Assembly (NCBI GenBank): GCA_036652255.1
Contig: JAVVWE010000003.1
Coordinates: 70,725 to 134,724, forward strand
Direction of reading: 5' to 3'
Source of the DNA: Alistipes sp.
GTDB taxonomy: Bacteria; Bacteroidota; Bacteroidia; Bacteroidales; Rikenellaceae
DNA: 64,000 bases
In this document: positions 58,701 to 64,000 of the stretch, piece by piece
How positions within the stretch are numbered: position 1 is the first letter of the stretch
Layout of the letters: each line of letters opens with the position of its first letter
Made by a program: the position numbers and the translations under genes
The notes under the pieces: generated by a model
What the model saw: only the letters and a program-made list of their open reading frames with translations
What the model was told of the DNA's origin: nothing
Databases searched by the model: none

Positions 58701-59091
58701 GCATTTGCGCGAAATGGACGATTTGCGTCAGAGTGTGCAAAATGCCACCTACGAGCAGAAAGATCCACTGTTGATTTATAAATTTGAGTCGTTCGGACTC
58801 TTCTCGAAGATGTTGATTAAGGTCAACCGCGAGGTGCTTTCGGTGCTCAACAAGGCGTATATTCCAGTGCGCGATAATAATGCCGAAACAGTGCAACGTG
58901 AACAGCAGCAGCACGCTAAGGTTGATGTGAATAAATTGCAAGCTTCGCGTATGCAGGCTGCAGCGCAAGCTGGTCAAGCCGAAAAACAGAAACCAATGCC
59001 GCTGCACGCTGAGAAGAAGGCGGGGCGCAATGATCCATGTCCTTGTGGTAGCGGCAAGAAATATAAAAACTGTCACGGCAAAGGTTTGTAG
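55798..59091 (+). CDS. secA: Preprotein translocase SecA
   Basis: [44 protein letters not shown] motif [19 protein letters not shown]. Confidence 0.99.
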   Translation: MDIATGLIKLFFGSKNDKDRKEIQPYLDKIKAVYPTIEKLSNDELRAHSDDLKRQIADFIASDEARIVELKATLELDTTSLAEKEKISKEVDNTIKRIDDKIEEKLDQILPEAFAIMKDTARRFAQGDTVVVTATDFDRDLAATKDFVTIDGDKAIYATHWLAGGNDVKWDMVHYDMQLFGGVVLHKGRISEMATGEGKTLVATLPVFLNALAKKGVHLVTVNDYLARRDSEWMGPMYEFHGLSVDCIDRHQPNSEQRRKAYMADITFGTNNEYGFDYLRDNMASSPKDLVQRKHHYAIVDEVDSVLIDDARTPLIISGPVPKGDDQFFEQYRPSIENLYNLQKNLVTGLLSEARQLLAEGKNDEGGVKLYRAHKGLPKYKPLIKFLSETGNKAQLQKTENTYMSDNNRRMPEIVDDLYFVIDEKLNSVELTDKGHEVLSKYFNEDGFFVMPDIGSEVADLEKGTLSLEEKAKKRDEVISDYSIKSERVHTVIQLLKAYAMFEKDIEYVVMDNKVKIVDEQTGRILDGRRYSDGLHQAIEAKEHVKVEAATQTFATVTLQNYFRMYHKLSGMTGTAETEASEFWSIYKLDVVVIPTNRSIIRDDRQDLIYKTKREKYNAVIDEIVKLVEKGRPVLVGTTSVEISELLSRMLNLRGLKHNVLNAKQHQLEAQVVAEAGRSGQVTIATNMAGRGTDIKLTPEVKTAGGLAIIGTERHESRRVDRQLRGRAGRQGDPGSSQFFVSLEDDLMRLFGSGRIAAMMDRMGLKEGEVIQAGMMTKAIERAQKKVEENNFGIRKRLLEYDDVMNSQREVIYTRRRHALYGERIEIDLNNIMYDYADNFVEVNRSLDFEEFRVELIREVATEPTFDEATYADAKNEELVELIVKDMKEVYARRSKATADTVRPIMERIYEDRKEQMDSNIYFPLTNGHLGYNVPVNLQRCKDSDGVEIYKVFSKVVMFTTIDDAWREHLREMDDLRQSVQNATYEQKDPLLIYKFESFGLFSKMLIKVNREVLSVLNKAYIPVRDNNAETVQREQQQHAKVDVNKLQASRMQAAAQAGQAEKQKPMPLHAEKKAGRNDPCPCGSGKKYKNCHGKGL

Positions 59092-59093
59092 GG

Positions 59094-59525
59094 ATGGGCT
59101 ATCAGGAGGAAAAACAGCGGCAGTTAGATGTGCGTTATTTGCGAATGGCACGCATTTGGGCGGAAAATTCCTACTGCGTGCGTCGTCAAGTCGGAGCGTT
59201 AATTGTTAAGGATAAGATGATTATCTCGGATGGTTACAACGGCACACCTTCCGGATTTGAAAACGTGTGCGAGGACGATGAGGGCAAAACAAAACCCTGC
59301 GTGCTACATGCAGAGGCGAATGCCATCACCAAAGTCGCAAAAAGTGCCAATAATTGCGACGGCTCGACCCTCTATATCACGGCTTCGCCTTGCATCGAGT
59401 GTTCGAAACTCATTATTCAGGCGGGTATTCGGCGCGTGGTTTACTGCGAAGAGTACCGTTCGGAGGAAGGTTTGGCGTTGCTGCGTAAAGTCGGCATCGA
59501 ATGTGTACAACGTGAAATCGAATAG
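59094..59525 (+). CDS. dCMP deaminase (ComEB family)
   Basis: DGYNGTP, HAEANA, SPCIECSK. Confidence 0.93.
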   Translation: MGYQEEKQRQLDVRYLRMARIWAENSYCVRRQVGALIVKDKMIISDGYNGTPSGFENVCEDDEGKTKPCVLHAEANAITKVAKSANNCDGSTLYITASPCIECSKLIIQAGIRRVVYCEEYRSEEGLALLRKVGIECVQREIE

Positions 59526-59538
59526 CACAAAATAAAAC

Positions 59539-59567
59539 GGGGAGCTTTTGAGCTTCCCATTTTTTTA
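59539..59567 (+). terminator. Terminator after secA-deaminase
   Basis: ggggagct-tttg-agcttccc followed by T7. Confidence 0.75.
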
Positions 59568-59579
59568 TTAGCATTACGT

Positions 59580-60311
59580 ATGATGAAAATTGTCATAATC
59601 GGAGCCACTTCGGGTATTGGACTGGCAACAGCGCGCGCTTGCATCCGTAAAGGATGGCGCGTAGGCGTGGCAGGTCGCCGTGCAAGTGCACTCGAAACTT
59701 TGCGTCGCGAAGCACCCGAACAAGTGGAAGTTGCAGAGTTGGATGTCACGAAGAATGATGCTCCAATGCGACTTAACGAGTTGATTGTCAAGTTAGGCGG
59801 TATGGATATTTACCTTCATTGCGCAGGTGTCGGAAGTCAAAATGCAGCACTCGATCCAGCCATTGAAATTGCAACAGCTCAGACCAATGTCACGGGATTT
59901 ACGCGCATGGTGACGGCAGCTTTTGCCCACTTCAGAGCGTGTGGCGGCGGACACCTTGCCGCCATCAGCTCCATAGCCGGAACGCGTGGACTCGGTGCCG
60001 CACCAGCTTATTCTGCTACGAAGCGTTTTCAAAATACCTATCTCGATGCCTTGGCGCAACTCTCACACATGGAGCACCTTGCGATTCATATTACCGATAT
60101 TCGTCCCGGATTTGTGGCTACGGATTTGCTGCGCGATGGAAATTATCCGATGTTGATGCGTGCCGAAGATGTTGCCGATCAGATTATTCGTGCACTCGAA
60201 AAGCAAAAACGGCGAATCGTGATTGATCGCCGTTATGCTCTATTAGTTTTCTTCTGGCATCTGCTGCCCCAAGGATTGTGGGAACGGCTGACGGTGAAGA
60301 CAAAGCGTTAA
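59580..60311 (+). CDS. Short-chain dehydrogenase/reductase
   Basis: GATSGIG, YSATK (YxxxK), IRPGFVAT. Confidence 0.92.
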   Translation: MMKIVIIGATSGIGLATARACIRKGWRVGVAGRRASALETLRREAPEQVEVAELDVTKNDAPMRLNELIVKLGGMDIYLHCAGVGSQNAALDPAIEIATAQTNVTGFTRMVTAAFAHFRACGGGHLAAISSIAGTRGLGAAPAYSATKRFQNTYLDALAQLSHMEHLAIHITDIRPGFVATDLLRDGNYPMLMRAEDVADQIIRALEKQKRRIVIDRRYALLVFFWHLLPQGLWERLTVKTKR

Positions 60312-60322
60312 ATGATAAATAG

Positions 60323-61519
60323 TTACTCCACGTATAGCACCAAGCCTTTGAGATATTCGCCTTCGGGATGGTAGATGTTGATGGGGTGGTCGGCGGGTTG
60401 TGTCACTTGGTGCAAGATGCGTACTTTGCGTCCTGCAATGGCTGCAGCGGAAAAAACGGTCGTGCGAAATAACTCCTTCGAGACTGCTTGTGAACAGGAG
60501 AATGTGAATAAAATGCCACCGCTCTTTATTTGAGATAAAGCTCTTGTATTTAAGCGTTTATAACCCTGTAAGGCGTTGCCTAATACTTTATAATGTTTCG
60601 CAAATGCGGGTGGGTCGAGGATGATGAGGTCGTATTTGTCGCCAATATCCCGTAAGTATTCCATGGCATCGGCAGCCAGTGCCGTGTGGGCGACCTCTGT
60701 GCCGAAATTGAGTCGGATGTTCTCCTCGGTCAGTGCGATGGCGCGCTCCGATGAATCGACAGAGCAGACCTCTTTGGCTCCGCCCGAAAGGGCATAAACC
60801 GAAAATCCACCCGTGTAGCAGAAGGTATTGAGCACCGTGCGCCCTTTTGCGTAGTGGCGTACCAGCTCGCGATTTTCGCGTTGGTCGAGAAAGAAACCAG
60901 TCTTTTGTCCCTCCTCCCAGTTGACTAAAAATTGCTCACCGTGTTCGCGTACGACGTGCGATTTGTGGTCGGAGGAGCCCCAAAGGTAACCATCGACTGC
61001 GCCTGTAAAGGTCTTGGACAGCGTTTGCGAACTTTTGTCGTAAACGGCGGTAATTTGCTCGCCGTAAATAGTGCGCAAGGCGGCAGCAATTTCGAGTCGT
61101 GCATGGTACATTCCAAGCGAATGGCATTGAATAACAGCTGTTTTGCCATAAATATCCACGACTAATCCCGGCAGCGAATCACCTTCGCCATGCACCAAAC
61201 GATAGCAATTTGTATCCTCTTCATCGGTCAGCCGCAGGGTGCGTCGCACGTCGCGAGCCACCGAAATATGGTGTTGCCACCATGTGGCATCAATCGACTC
61301 CTGTTCGAAGGTGAGCACACGCACGGCAATTGAGCCGACTTGATAGTGTCCGCGAGCGAGAAATTTACCCGACTGGCTGTATATGTCAACCAGCGCACCT
61401 TCGGCGATTTCAGACTCGTCTTCGGCTGATATATAGTCTATTGCCCCCGAAAAAATCCATGGGTGGTAGCGTTCGAGAGACTCCTCTTTACCCTTGCGAA
61501 GGTGTATTTGTGGTATCAT
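60323..61519 (-). CDS. rlmI: RlmI-like class I SAM-dependent rRNA methyltransferase
   Basis: HPWIFSGA, GQKTGFFLDQR, LNTFCYTGGF, ILDPPAF, TFSCS. Confidence 0.9.
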   Translation of the reverse strand: MIPQIHLRKGKEESLERYHPWIFSGAIDYISAEDESEIAEGALVDIYSQSGKFLARGHYQVGSIAVRVLTFEQESIDATWWQHHISVARDVRRTLRLTDEEDTNCYRLVHGEGDSLPGLVVDIYGKTAVIQCHSLGMYHARLEIAAALRTIYGEQITAVYDKSSQTLSKTFTGAVDGYLWGSSDHKSHVVREHGEQFLVNWEEGQKTGFFLDQRENRELVRHYAKGRTVLNTFCYTGGFSVYALSGGAKEVCSVDSSERAIALTEENIRLNFGTEVAHTALAADAMEYLRDIGDKYDLIILDPPAFAKHYKVLGNALQGYKRLNTRALSQIKSGGILFTFSCSQAVSKELFRTTVFSAAAIAGRKVRILHQVTQPADHPINIYHPEGEYLKGLVLYVE

Positions 61520-62126
61520 TTTTCTTTCGTTTTATTTTCTGTGTGTGTTGCAAATCGTTGTAAATATGGGTGCAAACCCACGCGTCGGTGGCGGCATAAA
61601 TTTGTTGTTTATCGGTCAGTGTGGTTGCCTCCCAGTTGCTCAAGCGTTGGGCTTTCGAGACCCGTTTGCCCAGCACAATGGCCGAAAGTTTGCGCAAACT
61701 CTTCTCCTCGATGCCCCATTCGGATGCGATGGATTGCAAATCGATGAATCCACCATCGCGAAATGGTCGTATTTGGCGCAACGAACGTAAATCTCCTGCT
61801 ACATCAGCACCAATTTTGAGAATTTGCTTCGATTCCAAAAGTTGAATAATTGGCTTGTCAAAACGAATTTTATGCAGACGGAATAGGTAGCAAATCGTGG
61901 GTGTGGAGAGTTGCAGCAAGGATACTCGGAACGTGACTCCCACACGAAATGAGGGGCGTGTTTCGGTGTCGAATCCCAATAAGGGCTGCTGCATCAAAAA
62001 TTTGCAAGCCTCAGCCACATCGCGATCCTCGTCAATGATGCGAATCGGTCCTTTGAACTCGATTGCTGGCAATGCCGCGGTCTGCTCGTTGCTAATTTTA
62101 TTGATATATATTTTCTTCGTACTCAT
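61488..62126 (-). CDS. DEDDy 3'-5' exonuclease (RNase D/WRN-like)
   Basis: GFDTETRP, LLQLST, SNWE, YAATDA; overlaps rlmI start by 32 nt. Confidence 0.92.
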   Translation of the reverse strand: MSTKKIYINKISNEQTAALPAIEFKGPIRIIDEDRDVAEACKFLMQQPLLGFDTETRPSFRVGVTFRVSLLQLSTPTICYLFRLHKIRFDKPIIQLLESKQILKIGADVAGDLRSLRQIRPFRDGGFIDLQSIASEWGIEEKSLRKLSAIVLGKRVSKAQRLSNWEATTLTDKQQIYAATDAWVCTHIYNDLQHTQKIKRKKNDTTNTPSQG

Positions 62127-62143
62127 TTGTGATGCAAAGATAC

Positions 62144-64000
62144 TTATTTTAGTGTCAGTTTCCCGTTCGTGAGGGTCGAAATTTTACCTTCGGTGAGCAA
62201 TGCTTCGGTTGCGTCGGCTACTTGACTGGGGTCGCAGCGAAAATGGGACGCTAACTCTTTGAGATGTAGGTCATTTTCAGATAGCAGTTTAATAATTTCG
62301 TCGCGACTTACCATGGGGCGGCGACTTCGTCGTTTTGACAGACAAATGTCGCAAATATTGCAGGGCGTAGGGTGCTCCGTGCCGAAATATTCTTCTAACA
62401 CTTCGCTGCGGCAACGCTCTTGGTTCGAGGTGTAGGCGAGCATCTGTGCAAAGCGTTCGCGCATAAGCTCTTGCCGTCGTTTGTATGTTTCGGGAGCAAT
62501 ATACAAGTCGGCAATTGGCAAGCGTTCTTCGTCGAAAAAAAGAATAGGAGAACGGTTCGAGGGAATGTAGCGAATTAGGCGCAGTTGCCACATTCGTTTT
62601 AGTAACTCCTTGACTCGTTGGATAGTATACCCGCTCCAAAGTGCTAATTCGCCCTCGTCGATGGGGCGGAAGTCGATAAAAATTCCATCGTATAGGCGCA
62701 GTAGCGTGCGGATAAACGGATCGAGGTCGTTGCGCTCGATTCGAATTTTGTAAAGGTCGTCACGACTGACGCAAAACATCACACGTGCCGCATTGTCCTG
62801 TTCGTCGGTGAGGGTCATGTAGCCGTTTTGACGAAGTAATTTCAGTGCATTTTGCACCATACCTATATATATATGCTCGCGAGAGCAAAAATCGTAGATG
62901 TTGAAGAGAAACGATGCCTGCGCGCCGTCACCGATGCCCACTTGCAGGTAGGAACAAATCTTTTCGTATATTTCTTTAATCTTTTCGAGCGGTGGAAATT
63001 CGGCATCGAAGCGGCGTACAATCCGCCTTTCATCGTCCGAGGCGACGAGCAAAACAGCATAGCTGCGTGCTCCATCGCGCCCTGCACGTCCTGCCTCTTG
63101 ATAGTAACTTTCGAGCGAATCGCAAGGTGCATAGTGAACCACAAAACGCACATCTGGTTTATCAATTCCCATGCCAAATGCGTTGGTAGCCACCATAATA
63201 CGCACTTTGCCTTTGAGCCATTCATCTTGTCGAATCGAGCGTTCGGCATAGGCTAATCCGCCGTGATAGGCAGCTGATGAGATGCCCTCTTGGCGCAATA
63301 AATCAGCAACCTGCTGTGTCCCTTCGCGCGTGCGTACATAGACAATGCCCGAGCCCTCAACGTTGTGCGCGATGCGCAGCAGTTGTTCGTTTTTGTCGTC
63401 TACGTGACGGACGCTGTACGAAAGATTTGGGCGGGCAAAACTACTGCGTAGAATATTGGGCTCGGCGAAATGCAGCTGGGTCATGATATCTTCAGCAACG
63501 GATTGTGTTGCCGATGCGGTCAGTGCAAGGACGGGAATGCTGTCAGGCAGCAATTTACGCAGCTCGGCAATGCGTAAGTAAGCAGGACGAAAATCGTAGC
63601 CCCATTGCGAAATGCAGTGCGCTTCGTCCACTGCCAAGAGCCGCACATCCATACGTTGTACGCGTAGTCTAAAGGATTCAGTTGCAAGACGTTCTGGTGC
63701 TACATAAAGGAATTGCATATCTCCATAAGCGCAATTATCGAGTGCGATATCTATCTGGCGAGGTGAGAGTCCTGAGTGGATTGCCACGGCGCGAATTCCT
63801 CGTGCCCGCAAGCCATCAACTTGGTCTTTCATCAGGGCGATGAGTGGCGTTATGACGATGCATAGTCCTCCGCCTGCCAGTGCTGGAATCTGATAAGTGA
63901 GTGATTTGCCGCCACTTGTGGGCATGAGTGCAAGTGTGTCGCGCCCCGCGAGTACGGAACGGATAATTTGTTCCTGCATGGGGCGAAACGTGTCGAAACC
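62144..64000 (-). CDS. recQ: RecQ family helicase (start lies beyond right edge)
   Basis: Frame continues upstream of the track's Met (GFDTFRPMQE); AVDEAHCISQWGYDFRP, ATNAFGMGIDK, YYQEAGRAGRDG, C-terminal CNICDIC. Confidence 0.93.
   Translation of the reverse strand, partial: GFDTFRPMQEQIIRSVLAGRDTLALMPTSGGKSLTYQIPALAGGGLCIVITPLIALMKDQVDGLRARGIRAVAIHSGLSPRQIDIALDNCAYGDMQFLYVAPERLATESFRLRVQRMDVRLLAVDEAHCISQWGYDFRPAYLRIAELRKLLPDSIPVLALTASATQSVAEDIMTQLHFAEPNILRSSFARPNLSYSVRHVDDKNEQLLRIAHNVEGSGIVYVRTREGTQQVADLLRQEGISSAAYHGGLAYAERSIRQDEWLKGKVRIMVATNAFGMGIDKPDVRFVVHYAPCDSLESYYQEAGRAGRDGARSYAVLLVASDDERRIVRRFDAEFPPLEKIKEIYEKICSYLQVGIGDGAQASFLFNIYDFCSREHIYIGMVQNALKLLRQNGYMTLTDEQDNAARVMFCVSRDDLYKIRIERNDLDPFIRTLLRLYDGIFIDFRPIDEGELALWSGYTIQRVKELLKRMWQLRLIRYIPSNRSPILFFDEERLPIADLYIAPETYKRRQELMRERFAQMLAYTSNQERCRSEVLEEYFGTEHPTPCNICDICLSKRRSRRPMVSRDEIIKLLSENDLHLKELASHFRCDPSQVADATEALLTEGKISTLTNGKLTLK

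Noticed and set aside
61488-61519. 32-nt overlap of exonuclease and rlmI as a frameshift or fusion
   Set aside because: Both ORFs are complete with their own start and stop; no slippery site seen.

Overview
This is a gene-dense, mostly housekeeping stretch of a Bacteroidota chromosome. Alistipes-like/Rikenellaceae is my inference from gene content and TAnnTTTG promoters. It holds about 55 CDSs. These include porX-tsaE; HU/small basic protein/RNase E-G/mfd/coaX/lptC/ppiD; methylmalonyl-CoA mutase; ispE; a BlaI-BlaR1(M56) pair; sugar kinase-murQ-ubiD-HhH-rpsU; ABC-F; ileS; an MsbA-like exporter; lon-kdsBAD; sufE-DUF59-DUF2851; secA; an RlmI-like methyltransferase; and recQ. I saw no rRNA, tRNA, CRISPR array, prophage or transposase, and no clearly novel multi-gene system. 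The best leads are small-scale: (1) several genes whose -7 promoter box sits only 4-5 nt before ATG (probable leaderless mRNAs); (2) a PafA-fold phosphatase that has lost most catalytic residues; (3) an M56 protein with an internally duplicated plug-like sensor tail, behind a 21-bp-phased operator array; (4) a multi-hairpin 260-nt leader of RNase E/G following an unannotated 29-aa basic ORF; (5) a shortened DUF2851 with a four-Cys motif next to Fe-S assembly genes; (6) a hairpin plus heptamer-repeat element at ~36.9-37.1 kb. Family assignments are from motif recognition, not database searches.
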